Assembly: GCA_046563655.1 (NCBI GenBank) | Contig: CM102287.1 | Span: forward strand, 7,750,001-7,814,000 | DNA: 64,000 nucleotides | Direction: 5' to 3' | Source of the DNA: Yuukianura sp. NJ FZ-2021 | Taxonomy: Eukaryota | Shown here: in pieces, positions 11,301 to 24,043 of the stretch | Numbering within the stretch: position 1 is the stretch's first letter | Layout: each line of letters starts with the position of its first letter | Position numbers and translations under genes: made by a program | The notes under the pieces: generated by a model | Seen by the model: the letters and a program-made list of their open reading frames with translations, nothing else | Databases searched by the model: none | What the model was told of the DNA's origin: nothing

Positions 11301-14300
11301 AATTCTAGAAGGTAGCAGGTTAGAAAACGCAAACCTTTCAAAAACGACAACAATTGAAAAATTTAGGTTAAAACCAATCGAATTCAAAACCACAACCCGA
11401 AATATTGAAAAGGCGCAACCGCAGAGTACGAAAATTCGCAAATAGTTTTCAATTATGAAAAGGTTTTTTTTCTGAACCTGAAAAATCAAATTTGTTAAAA
11501 TTTTGACGCTTTTGTACAATCCTGCGGCATTAATTTCTGACCGAGGTTTTGAGTTGTCTTGGACTCCCTGCTTAGTAAGTTGATCCACAAATCAAAAGTG
11601 ATGTCTTTTGTTATGTTGATTTGAAAAGTGCTGATTTAGACCGAGAAATTGGGTTGACGGATGTCAATACACAAGGCATTTGCCAGTGGCTTTTCATTTC
11701 TTGAATTTCTCACCTAAAGCAACTTGAATTTACAAAAGACAGTCAATCATCATTCAAGTGTCCAAAAATTCGATCTGTTTTAAGAATATGCTGCAGAATA
11801 AAGGCCGGTTCTGAAATGTCATCTTAAACAGAAACACAGCACAACTGGGTCAACCACAAAATATCTACAGTTGAAGGTGAAGCTAAAGAAAGTAGAATAA
11901 CTTTCACGAAAACATTGGGTTTAAGCGTCAAAACTTCCTTTGAGGAAAGAAGAACTGCAACTGTTATTTATAATCAAAAGAAAATTTCCGAAACAAATAT
12001 TTTATATTTTTACGACCGAGGCTAAATTATGAAACCGTAATTTTTTGAGTTTTAGTACAATAATTGATTTTTCTGCTCATTTGGTATTGAAATCCAAGCA
12101 TCATGTACACTTGATTGAATTTTTACTTTTGAGAACAGAAGTAGCAAGTCAAACTCCTTTTTATTCGCTCTGATTTCTCTAAAACTCTGTTAACATGTGA
12201 AGTGAAAGTTGTTAGAAGTTTTTAAATTTTTCATCATGAACAGGATTGAAAAGAATTTGCCACTTCACGATCCAAATTCAACACTAAAACCCTACTTCGA
12301 TTTCAATTTTTACCAAGTGAAATTCATCGTTCGTGAAACGCTTCCACAAAAATTCATTTTTCAGCCCTCGCCTTTTTCAAAGTATTTAGATTTGTGGACC
12401 TTTTTTTTTCTTAGCATTTCGTGTTATTTTCGAGGCGCAATTTTGTCTCAGAGCTTTCCTCAGCAGTGGTTTTGATTGAAATTGAAAAGCCTTTGTCATT
12501 TGGGTCAAAGAAAGCTTTTGTAAGATGATAAGATGATCTAGGCTAAGGCATCCTGACCAACAATGAAACTAAAATTAGAAGGTAGATTATGATGCTTTCG
12601 GGATAAAAATCTACTTTTTCCATTTATGGTTTCAATGACTTTACAAACGACTAAAGGCAGAGCTAAAGCTGCAAGTGAATTGTGCCACCATGAAAGTTTC
12701 CTGTCGCCTTCATCTTGTCCTTTCAGAATCACTGCAGTGCTAATTAACTGCGTTTAAATTTAGTTTAAGGAAGATGGATTGTGATGAAGTCGGTGGGACG
12801 CTTCTGCATGGGTTGTCGTATGCAGTCATTATGACTTTCGAAGTAGGTGAAAACTTTTACAACGCGGACAAGTGTAAGGTGTCCATTCAAGAAATTGTTG
12901 CGTCCATTCAAGTCTTTCAAAGGCTTCACCAAACGAATGTCTACTGACTAAAGCTAATCTACGTTCCGCTAACTCATTCAGTAATTTCGTCGGAATCCGT
13001 ACACACATTGTTGAACATTTTCAAAATTTCAAAATTGTAATTTCTTACTGCGATGCGGATTCCGAATTTCCAAAAAAAGAAAGAAGTTTTTTCATCTTTT
13101 TAGATTTTGTGATTCCAAAGTCGATCCTGGAAGAACGAGAAAACGTGCGTTTGATTTTTAATACCAATACCAACGTAAAGGTAACTTCAAAATACCGATG
13201 TAAAACGTTTTCAGAGCAATTTTTTTCAATTTTATCCTGTCGACATTGTATTTAATCGAGAAAAAATTGAAAACTGTTTTTCAAGAAATGAAAATCCGGA
13301 TACCAAGAATAATGTTTCGATGAGTAAGTTTACTAGGTCAAAAGGATACAAATGCTTTCAAAAATTTTCCTCTAAAAAGAAAGCTGCTGCTTTAGTTTTC
13401 AAATTACGAAAGTTGAAGAAAGAGTTTTGGTGTCAACTTTTGTAGTTGATCCATGACCATGACCAATTCATCATTGATGAAAAGTTTGCGATCGGCTTAT
13501 TGCGAATCTTCTTTCATCTTGGTTGTTCTTTGCCACTGTTGTACTACTGTGCTAAAATAAACCCACAGATACAATCTCTGCGTGTTTTTAGGATGAACAA
13601 TCAACATTCCATTTTGGTCCACAACGAATTCATGTTTCATCGGGAGGCTGTGCACTCGAGCTTAGTTGGTGGTGACAGTTAACCCCAGGAGTGAACAATA
13701 GGAAATTAAAAATGGTGGGTCCACGAAGGAGATTCAAACCAGAAATTAGCACTTTCAGCTCTCATCCTTAAGCGGTGAGGATTTTAAGAGAAAAGTAATT
13801 AACAACAATCAACGAAGTGTCGATTACTAACACCTCTAAAACTAATGAGGGTCAGCAACATGGAAGCTGCAAGAGCAACTTTTACAATGAATTGGGCTAA
13901 GAAAATGTTTCCGTCACAGGATGGTTAAATGATCGAGGTAGAAGCAAGGGATTCTGGCGTAACGAAAACCATAAATTGACAATTCCGCAATGTAACACAG
14001 CTTTCAAAAGTCAATTTCTCACGCTACGAGGTTTACTATGCATTGACAAGCCGTGAACTTCTAGCAGAAGGTCAAATCCAGGTCAGCGTTTCATAATTAG
14101 GCGTAAAAATACAATGTCAAGTAGAACACATTATGAGAATTACGGGGAATAAAACTATGCTGTATTTACTATGTACTTTGAACATAATGACGAATTCTGT
14201 TAATCATTCAGATTTGGCTAAAAGTTTTTAACGTTTTTGAAAAAGTTTCAACTTGGTGTGCAGAAGTAGTCCGAGTTTGATTTTTGTAAAAAAGTTTGAC

Positions 14301-14977
14301 TTTGGAGAAAGTTGTTTTCACCGAAGCGGAAACCATGAGGGGTAAACTGTTAAACGTTAATCTAAAAATCCTTTAGCCAACTTTAAGTGTAAATACTTTG
14401 TATTGTGCCCTAAACACTACACAGCGCAGGAGAAATGAAAGGAGAAAACGTTTTTTAATATTGAATTTGAATTTACCTCCTAATTCATTTAAATGTTTGT
14501 AGTTTTTCATGGAGCGTTGACACGAAGCGCGAACACAATTTTCAAAGAAAAAAAACAGAAAAGCTGAATTCCTGGTTGATATAACCCAAATTCCATCATT
14601 GTAACGAACAAGTAAAACCACCGACGACACAAATACGTCGTGGTGGTTACACTATGTGGTTGCATATATTGCAACATTTTATACTACAACTGTTGCAATG
14701 TAACTATCCAGTGTATTCACAGTACAAATATGGCTGCGGTGGTTACACTAGTGGTCACAATGGCTGTAATTTAGGCTTATCTCATCCAAGTTTTTAAAAA
14801 AAATTTCTTCCACTTGACTTATCTGAAATTGCAATTGCACGTTTTTATTGTTTACATTTTGATTTTCTTTTGTCCGATCGAGATCGATTGAAGTACTAAT
14901 TAGTTAAACAACTGCTAAAATTAATTGTCGAATCAGCGATACACCAATACTGTGACGTAACTCAATTAGTGCTGAAA

Positions 14978-16668
14978 ATGATAATAATTAGGAAGTTGAC
15001 ACCTTCAGTTCGAACTGTGGGAGTCTTTTCCAAGGCGCACTTAATTTCTTGTTATAATTTCAGACCAAGTTGCTTAAAGGTAGAACAAAATGGCGTCATT
15101 TTCTATTCATCGATATCTTCCAGCGTCGTCAGACATCCCACACTGCAACCCGGTTGTCATTTGAGAAGGTCGCAAGTGGTACTCCAAAAGTCACACTTTA
15201 CTACTACGTCAAGTCGTCTTTATGCTTCAGAAAGTCAGGATAAGGAAAAAGTATCCAGTGCAGAACATGATGTCCGGTCTGAAGATAATGAAACCGAAAC
15301 ATCCGCGAGTGGCGAGTCTGATTTGCCTCCATCTTCAACAAACGAAGACGTTGAGTCCAGCCCGAATGCCCTTACGCCAGAAGAAATCAAGACTCTTTCT
15401 GGTGGTGATCCACAGTTAGAACATAAGATTCAGTTCATTCTTATGGAGGTTGAGCTAATGAGGTAAATTTTCAATTCATGAATAGTCAAGATCTAATCGT
15501 AGGTGTCACTCAATTGAGTTTCCTTTTTAGGCAGGTTGGTTCTCGAGTTCCAGATAAAATTACGATGAAATACTGGCCGGAACTGCTGAATCTTCAAAGT
15601 AAAGGTCAACGAATCAAATACTATTTGTATCTCTGGAACGTCGAGAAAGCACAAATCTCAGATAAGCGTAGAAAAGAAGAAAAGCGTCTAAAACGTCTTG
15701 CAATGTACGCCGAAAATCCCTTGCCCACCATAGAGGATGACCCTTATGGAATGGTGTATGGTCTCAATAGAAACGCTATCACGCTCCGTCTCTACGACAC
15801 TACAATTGCAGCGTTCCATCATCATCGAGTAATTTCCGAAATGGTACTCGGCTCGGCTCCGCTTGTTCTTGACTTTGGTTATGAAGATCAAATGGTTATT
15901 CGAGAAGCCAAGAACTGCGCCTCCCAGGTCGAACTTCTTCTAACCGAGAATCGAACACATCCGCAACCGTTCAATCTCTCTTTTTGTAACGCTGATCCCA
16001 ACTCCAATACAATTACCCATCTTCGAAAACGTATACCCACCATGTACGACGATAACTACGCCCTCAACATAAGCGAGAAGAGTTACCTCGACCTTTATCC
16101 AAGGGAGAAGCTCGTCTATTTGTCTCCGCATGCCCGGGAGGAACTGACAGAATTTGATCACGACGAAATTTACATCATCGGAGCCATTGTTGACAAGACT
16201 GACCCAAGACCATTCTCTATCGCCAAAGCCAAGAAGGAAGGAATTCGTATGAAGAAACTTCCACTGGACAGTAGAGTTGACTGGGGAATGGGCAACAAGA
16301 GTCTCACGATTAATCAGATGATATCCATCATGTTAGAAATTCGGGCCACTGGAGACTGGGACAAGGCACTCCGATTTATTCCTCGGAGGAAACTTGTTGG
16401 CGGAAGGATGGAGTGCCCATTGCCAGACCCAGATGCAGTGCCAAAACGTAGATCTTCTGGTCCACAAGCGCAAGTATTCAAGGACTTTGAATTGGTTGCT
16501 CAGCGACGTCGAGGCTTTGTGTATCAAGGAGCGCAAGATGATCAGCGACACGGGAACAACGACGATTCTAATGCAAGGCAAAGGCAAAATCCGAATCCAT
16601 ACAAAGGCAGGCAGCAGGGATATGGTCATCGACCCCATATGAGATCTATTATGTCAGACTTGGACTAA
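14978..16668 (+). CDS. TRMT10C: Mitochondrial RNase P protein 1 / tRNA m1R9 methyltransferase 10 homolog C
   Basis: Exons 14978-15462 and 15531-16668 (gt...ttttag intron). Presequence-like N-terminus. TRM10 SPOUT motifs LVYLSPHA, YIIGAIVD, KKLPLD...W, KSLTINQM, W..AL..IP.RK. Confidence 0.92.
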
Positions 16669-16928
16669 AGTTGGACTTAATTAATGGTAATTAGTTAGAA
16701 TCAGTGACTAGCTTTTGTTTTTGTTAATTAAATGGAATTGTTATTGTTTTAAACATGTAAGCAGTTATTGTTCGAAAATTTTGTTCAGTGGTTGAGTTCC
16801 GGAAGATTATGTTTTTTTCATAAGAATTTTGCCTCTGTTTTTAGTGGGAAAATTTGAATCTGAGGCATGAGAGTTGCGCAGAGGAATTTTTACCCCGGCG
16901 TGGATCTTCTTGCCTAAAATTCATTGAA

Positions 16929-16945
16929 TTTCTCATCTCTTTTCA
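16929..16945 (+). promoter_or_regulatory. Polypyrimidine TCT/5'TOP initiator of RpS11
   Basis: tttctcatctcttttc about 120 nt upstream of the RpS11 ATG, typical of ribosomal protein gene starts. Confidence 0.55.
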
Positions 16946-17061
16946 AGCAAAGTGTAAACTGCATTGACTTTTCTGTGTGAACATCGATCTGGTCATTTCT
17001 TCAACAGTCCGTTCGAGATCATCAGACAGGAGTTAGGAAATACTTGTTCAACGTTAACATC

Positions 17062-18448
17062 ATGGCTGATCAGGTAATTCATTAGTCTAATTACGATTAA
17101 GATTCAATTTGAGACGTTTGTTCAGATATCAGATATCAAGGAAATGGAGGAATCCGAGCAGACCATACTGAAGTGGGATATGAAATCAATCGGCATTAGA
17201 TTTTTAGATTTCATAATGCATAGTGAAAGAATGGAGATGTTAACTGCATTTTGTAAACGGCGAATAACGATTGTAATGTCATTTCTGTATGTCTAATGTG
17301 TTTGATTTGATTCGGATGGTCTAAAGGCAGAGCGAGCATTTCAAAAACAACCAACGATTTTCTTGAACCACAAGAAGGGAGTTGGTTTCGTTCGGAAGAA
17401 GGGCGGAAGTGGAAGTATCAATAAGTCCAAAATCGCTGCACGGTATACGCGAAACGTCGGACTTGGATTCAAGCCACCGCGAGAGGCAATACTTTTAATT
17501 GCTATTCTGAAATTGCTAATTTTTGGTTTGTTTTGTTTTTTCTTTTTGGTTTGCTGTTTTCCTGTTTGGTTCCATCCTTATCCATAACCTGTTTGCACTA
17601 ATAACTTCACACGAAAGACGGAAAGAGCTTTCCAGAAACAACCCACTGTCAATTTGAACAGAAAAGGAGATTCAAAGAAGGGGCTGCGACATGTCAAGAA
17701 TGTCGGTCTTGGTTTCAAGACTCCACGAGAGGTTTTTATGATATTTTTATTATTTTGCTTATTTAAAAAACACTGACTAAATCACTGATGATAACAACGA
17801 CGGTCTTCCGATTTAAGAATGAGCAGATTAATTCAACAAATGTTCTGAGATTTTGTTGGCTTTTTAACAAGCTGTTTGTTTTTGATGTAACTTATGAGAT
17901 GTTTTTCAGTTTGATTTATGTATTTTGTTGTGTTCATAGGCATCGGAAGGAACTTACATTGACAAGAAATGTCCTTTCACCGGCAACGTTTCCATTCGTG
18001 GCCGAATCCTCACTGGAGTCGTACAGAAAATGAAGATGCAGAGAACCATCATCATCCGGAGAGACTACCTTCATTATATCAAGAAATATAATCGTTTCGA
18101 GAAGAGGCATCGAAACATGGCCGTTCATCTCTCCCCGTGCTTCAGGTAATTTGAAACTAATTGAAACAACATAAAATTGTTTTCAATTCAATGATGACAA
18201 CACGACGGTCTTCGGATTTTATGATGATCGATACCATTCTCACATTCTGACTGTGTACATGTCTCCCTATAAACTATGGTGTTTAAGAACAATCCGTGAA
18301 ACTTTTGCTTTTTTGTTTATACAGAGACGTGGGTCTTGGTGACATCGTGACGATCGGAGAATGTCGACCTCTGAGTAAAACCGTGAGGTTCAACGTCCTC
18401 AAGGTGTCCAAGGGCCCAGGAGCTAAGAAGAGTTTCAAGAAGTTTTAA
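17062..18448 (+). CDS. RpS11: 40S ribosomal protein S11 (uS17) with alternative duplicated exon 2
   Basis: Exons 17062-17073 (MADQ), 2a 17327-17485 or 2b 17618-17731, 17940-18145 ([22 protein letters not shown]...HLSPCFR) and 18325-18448 ([17 protein letters not shown]...FKKF*). Confidence 0.97.
17780..17853 (+). ncRNA. SNORD35: Box C/D snoRNA, SNORD35/snR73 family (copy 1), intronic in RpS11
   Basis: Box C TGATGA 17786-17791, guide ACGACGGTCT followed by D' CCGA 17808-17811, box D CTGA 17845-17848, terminal stem aaatc/gattt. The guide is antisense to the conserved LSU rRNA sequence AGACCGUCGU. Confidence 0.85.
18191..18251 (+). ncRNA. SNORD35: Box C/D snoRNA, SNORD35/snR73 family (copy 2), intronic in RpS11
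   Basis: Box C ATGATGA 18191-18197, guide CACGACGGTCT plus D' CGGA, C' ATGATGA, box D CTGA 18247-18250. Confidence 0.88.
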
Positions 18449-18901
18449 CTTTTCCGTTGTCACCTTTTGTTTCGTCATGTAACTTTGATAAATAAATCTA
18501 TTAGCTCCAGGAAAAGAAGAATCGTTTCAGTTGCGTTTATTCCTAAAGTATTTTAGACTAAAAAGTAGAGTATGGCCACATAATTTCATAACGTCATCAT
18601 CAGTCAGTTCGTTCGTTACGGAACTGGAAACCTTAGTTAACTAAAAGTCATGCAAGAGCGGCTTATTTGCACCAAATTCAAAACTAGATTTAAAATAAAA
18701 CGTCGTCATTTGAGGATTGTTTGGAAATGAAAAAATCACAGCGTTGAACTACACTTAAAAACAAACCTAACACTAAAATTTAAAACTAAATTCTAATTAG
18801 CGCAAGCACAGCAAGCAGCACAACCCAGTTGTATGTTTAGCTTTATAGGGATGGAATGAAGCACAACCCAGTTGGACCAGTATTTGAACCTCCGCGGTTT
18901 C

Positions 18902-21900
18902 TTAGAGCAGAAAAATGGAGTGATCCCGTTCTAGTCGCCGCTTGGCCTTGAGGGGTACTTTGCCCATGAGGTCAGAGGGCATCGGTAGACCAGGCTGAAG
19001 TCCAGCTCTTTGTTGATAGTAAACTTCTGATCCTACGCATTGGTACCCATAGACAACATGATCGTCACCCCTGGAAATTCAGTTAAACACGACAAATTAT
19101 TAGTAATTTGCAATTAAGATTATTTGCCAGAAACAATTCGAAGCTGTTGATTTTAAGATTTACCGGATGATTAGCTCGTTTATGTTTGGATGGCGTGTAA
19201 AATCACGATGCATTATTTGGACAGTATTGAAATCCATGGACTCGTTCCTCCCTCCATGAGCCATACTTTTCCACACAGATTCGTAGCGTAAGAAGCAATA
19301 CGGATCACTCTGATTACTGAAAGAGCTTTGCTCTTCAATCGAGGTCAAGGACGCTTTCAATTGAATCAGACTGGACGAAACGTACTCCCACTAAAATCAA
19401 AATTTGGAAAGTATAAGCATAACGTGACTGAGACTGGAGTATAGTCGCCAATATTTACAACAAGGTTTTGTTTGGTGTTTGTGGTGCAACTTACGATTGA
19501 CTCGATTAATTCCTGGTTAGTTTCATCCTTTTTGTCCAGTAGCAGCAAGAGACGCATGCTTCCATCGTAATAAATGTACAGAGCAACTTCCTTTCGAGGG
19601 ATGTATGATTCAATGAGCTCTTTGACCTTGGCAGGTCTATTTTTTTGACTAGTAGATACTTGAGCCTTGTTCAGTTTGAGACCAGAAGCATGAAGTATTT
19701 TGACTGGTGAAAAGAGGCTTGAACTTTGTGAAAGTGAAGACGACGTGGCAGAAACCATTTGAACATTTTCAGTTTCGCTGTAAGTTGAGTTGCATGCGGA
19801 AAAGGAGCTACTGTTGCTGTACTCTCCGTCTCCATCACCGCTTTCGTCCAGTACTTCATCATGACTAGATAACCTCCGAAACGAGTTGAGTAAGCGCAGA
19901 TGAATGGATTCTGGAATCTTAATGGCAGGTTTGACACTGCCCTTCTGGAAATTGACTTCGTTGTCACCGTGCTGAATTGACGTTTGGGAATGGTCACTAA
20001 AAACAATGAAAATAAGCCAAAATTGGAACGATTACGGTAACAATTTAAACTGAACAGAACTTACCTTGGATTTATTTTGGAAGTGACGCTCCCATTTACT
20101 AGATTGTCCATAGCTGGTTCGGCTTCGGGTTCTGGAGAAAGTAATTCGTTGAATGTTGCCCACAACTTTTTCTTGATCCGTTGTGGACCAGTTAGTTTAT
20201 GTTGAGTTAGCGGAAGATCTGCTGGACGACGAATTGACACTGGTGTACTTGTCTCCATGACGGGCTTTAAGACAGGATGCTGATTCCTGTCGTACTCTTG
20301 TGAGCTCTCATTAGAACCAAGTCGATCTTGTCGCGTGCGATGGTCATCTTCATCCCCTCCTGATTCTGTGGACTGTGAGTTATGGAAGGCACTGGACACA
20401 CTAAGTCGACCGTTGGCAGAGAAATAAGGAAATGTTGGATCAGCTACACTCGCACCGAGCTTCTTCATTAAATCCGAGTTCTTCATTGGTAACGAGGAAT
20501 CTGATCCATTATGCTGCGAATTCAGAAATTAAATCTTCTACTATCATCACTTTTAGTTGGGAAATAGTCTATAAAGTGAACATACCGGTCCAAACTCAAG
20601 GTCATAATGGAGGTCAACTACACTTTGACATCTTCTAGGTTTCGGTTTAGTCCCTCTCGTGTCTCCGTAAGTATCCGAAAGCTTCAAGTTATCCCGCCTC
20701 AAACTCTTGTTATGGTGGAAGTTGTGTCGACCAGTTTCATCGGAGTGAATTCCAGACGAAACGTCTGAATCTTCAGCACCTCCTTTGCTGCTTAGTTCTT
20801 CCTCAATTGGATTCGTAAGCGTGTTCATGCCATTCTGCAAAATTAAAAAAGGTTGGCTGTGATGTTGACTACACAAAAAGTTTTTCCTTGCTGTTCATGG
20901 TTTATGCTGTGAACTGAATAAAAAGGCAACAACATTATTACCTTGTCTTTTTTAGACTTCAGTGGTACGCGTTCAGTATATCCTTGTTTATTTTGAAACT
21001 TCGAACAGTCGCACCTCAATCCTTCGAACTCTGCATCAGTAATGTACACTCGGAAGATTTGGACACCAATTGGAAGCACGAATTCTAGTTTCACTTGATC
21101 AGCAGGCTTAAATAACGAATAGGCTATTGGTAAGCTTTGCTAAGCATTCGATTCTGAATCTGCAACTTCAAACTTACTGGCATTCGATAAGGCTGCGTGA
21201 AGGCTAACTTCTGAGCTAAACTTTGACATAGCTCAACTCCTACAACTCTATAAATCCACAAACAAGCCAAAAATTGTATTAAAATCTGCGTAGATTTCAA
21301 AAAGCACAAAAGAAACTCACTTGTTCTGGTACATTACAATTCCCCCAAGAACTCCGGCCTTCAACATACAAGTTTGCAGTAATATTGACGCTTGCAGGGA
21401 AATATTGTTAGCGCTCTGAAATAGAAAGGTTGATTATTTAATACTTCTAACACATCATCATCATTTCTGAAAGACATCACCTTTGGCAAATGTAAGATTG
21501 GTAAGATTCCAAACGTCAAAGAGAAGAGGTCACCGTGCTATGAACACAGAGACATTTGGCTTCAAAAAGTAAAATCTTGTCAATGTAGCTAGAACAATTA
21601 CCTGCTGTGATAGCGGAATGTAGTGGTCCATCATCGACATTAATTTCGTGGCGACTATACCACGGTCAAAATTGGAATTTCTTAAAATTGATTTCATATC
21701 ACAATGAAAAAACTTTATCACGCTCAACAGAATGTCAGCTTCCTGAAATCAAACGTAATAAGCAATTTTAAAAACCGAAAGCCTAGGAAAGCTGTCAAGA
21801 TCGTAAATCCGTATCGTATCTTTCTAACCTTTTCTAGTAAAAAGTCGGAAGTATTACTACTGCATCCAATTGCCAGGATATACTGGTCATCAAAATGTCG

Positions 21901-22134
21901 CATAGCAAACTTCCCGTTTCCCAGAGTCAGGATTCTTGGAGCAGAAAATGTGTCCGTAAAGAAATGAGACACGCCCATAAGCTGTCCGCATATCGCCACA
22001 CGCTTGTCAATACAAATTGTTTCTGGATGAAAGTATAGAATCGCATCTTTTGGATCATCTTCTTCCCGACGACAGCTGAATCGGTCATAAATGAAGACAA
22101 TTTTCAATTCATTCATTTCTCCGGTTATCACCAT
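18902..22134 (-). CDS. HPS4: Hermansky-Pudlak syndrome 4 protein (BLOC-3 subunit, longin domains), multi-exon
   Basis: N-terminus IVFIYD...EEDDPKDAILYFHP...CGQLMG. C-terminus GLPMPSDLMGKVPLKAKRRLERDHSIFLL* (stop at 18904-18902). Many short introns lie between; internal exon boundaries were not all resolved. Confidence 0.88.
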
Positions 22135-22552
22135 TTACTGAAGATGGATTCTTGGATTCTAAAATGATTTAAAAAAAAGAAGGAAATGAGCTACTGTCCA
22201 ATATGTATCCAATAAAACTGCAGAAGTGTCATAAGCATCTATAAAAATCCAATTCTTGCAAGTAAATTACCCATATCCTAGTCATTCCAGAATCACTATG
22301 ACAACATACTACTTAATTACAATTTAAAAACAAACAATTGCAGATATCTGACCCCCACTTACACTTTAGCTCACAATAATTAAAAAACCCGAATTCAGTC
22401 AGCAGTTAGCCACCGAGCCATCAAGACGTATATCATTCAAAATCTCTAATACGAAGTCCAATTTCTCTGGAATCCGATTCCACTCCAGCAAAGTCACCTC
22501 TCGCCTCTCACCTTTCTAATCCAGTTGATTGATCTTGACCTCATTGACCCCA

Positions 22553-23190
22553 ATGGGTGAGTAAACAAACTTTAAGCCAATTAAATTACATAAACTATTA
22601 AGAACTTATGTCCTACTTACCTGATAAAAATACCTTCCACAATCCAATTAACACCTAATCTTCTATCAACCTTGATTAACTTAATTCCTTCTCTCATCAT
22701 ATGATCCGTGTCTCTCAAACTCTCAAAAACAAATTGAAAAGTTTTGTTTTTGTTTTTGAATTTCAGCTGCTCCCGCTTCGACTAAATCTCTGATTGAGGA
22801 ACTCCTCGCCCCGCTCGACCAAGTTCCAGATCCAAAATTCTTCCACCACCGCAAAATGCATCGAGTAATCATTCATGATTAACACCAATTCCTTTCAATT
22901 AGCAACTCTGGACAATGTATGATTTTGTTTTACAGGAATTGGCGGGGCACTGGGTCCAAGACGGAGAATTTGGGATACGACCACTCACGTTTGAAGAACG
23001 GGAAGAAAAAGCGGAAAGCCTGTGGAACGGTTGGGCGCAATTCGCAAAAAAGGATTTCATCCAGCAACACAAACGGGAGGTGAGGAAGAAGAAACTGGAA
23101 ATACTGGCGAATTGTGGAGGAGATGATGAGTTCATCAAATTGCTGAAGGATGCCATGTTTACTTACAAGCATCCATCTGACCTCCTCTGA
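22553..23190 (+). CDS. Small divergent HMG-box-like protein, copy 1 (~118 aa)
   Basis: Exons 22553-22556 (ATG G), 22767-22864 and 22936-23190. Clear paralog of 24044-24544 with the same intron positions. Confidence 0.75.
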
Positions 23191-23527
23191 TCAGTCTCAA
23201 ATTCTCCAATCAATTAAAAAATCACCGTGTTGCGAAAATCCGAGAATTCGTCAACCCCCACTCGGATTGAAAACTTTCATGACCCAAGTTGCGTCTTGGT
23301 CAGTGGTCACGCTTGAAACGAGCCAAAAAAGTCAATTTAATTTTCGTTTTGCTGTCAATTATTTACGTTGCATTATTACCATCTTTTTGCTTAAAATCTA
23401 AAACGTTTTTGCATGTAATTAAACGTTCTCTTGAAAAAGTTCGTGCTTGAAACTCAAACTGTGCTGCTTCGATGCTATTAATATAAGTTCATATTTCTGG
23501 TCTTTTTATCAGATAATTCGTTGTAGA

Positions 23528-23661
23528 ATGTCTACCACTGCACTGTAAATGAAATCGTGGAAAATACAAAATTAGCGCGAGAGCAAACATTAATGGGAAA
23601 CTAAGATGTGTCTTCCGTTTACTACCAGGGTGCAGTCATTGCAGGCTGCAGCTCATTCATC
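23528..23661 (+). pseudogene. Degenerate copy of katanin p60 exon 1
   Basis: Aligns to 24879-24996 (gtaaatgaaatcgtgga.aat.caaaattagc.cgagagcaa.cattaatgggaaac) but has indels and a TAC>TAA change. Confidence 0.9.
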
Positions 23662-23681
23662 TTCTAAGCTACCCGAAGCGC

Positions 23682-23752
23682 AGCGTGTCAATACAAATTG
23701 TTTCTGGATGAATGTATAGAATCGCATCTTTTGAATCATCTTCTTTCCGATC
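23682..23752 (-). pseudogene. Fragment copy of HPS4 first coding exon
   Basis: tgtcaatacaaattgtttctggatgaa.gtatagaatcgcatctttt.gatcatcttctt matches ~22005-22070. Confidence 0.9.
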
Positions 23753-24043
23753 ATCCCGACACAACAAAATGTAAATTATGTAATTTATAGGTCAATGACC
23801 CTTATCCGAAATCCAGAATCACTAGGGCAACATACCGATAGTTACAACAAACAATTATTTCCCAATACTCTCAAGGTTAACCCGTGACAATAAAAAAACG
23901 AATTCATTCAGCGGATACCGGCTCGTTAAGACACCTTATCCCAAGATTTGTGTTCTTCTAGCGTCTACTAACAACTTCCAGCAAGTCCAACACATTCAAC
24001 TTCTCCCTGCTTTTCGCCAGTTCCGTGACCTCATTGACCCCAA

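Noticed and set aside
14630..14770. Repeated gtggttacacta words upstream of TRMT10C
   Set aside because: Two short copies without regular spacers; not CRISPR-like and no defined element.
17570..17590. tccttatcc/tccataac resembling a U12 branch point before RpS11 exon 2b
   Set aside because: Does not match TCCTTAAC, and no RTATCCTT donor is present, so U2/U12 incompatibility is not supported as the exclusion mechanism.
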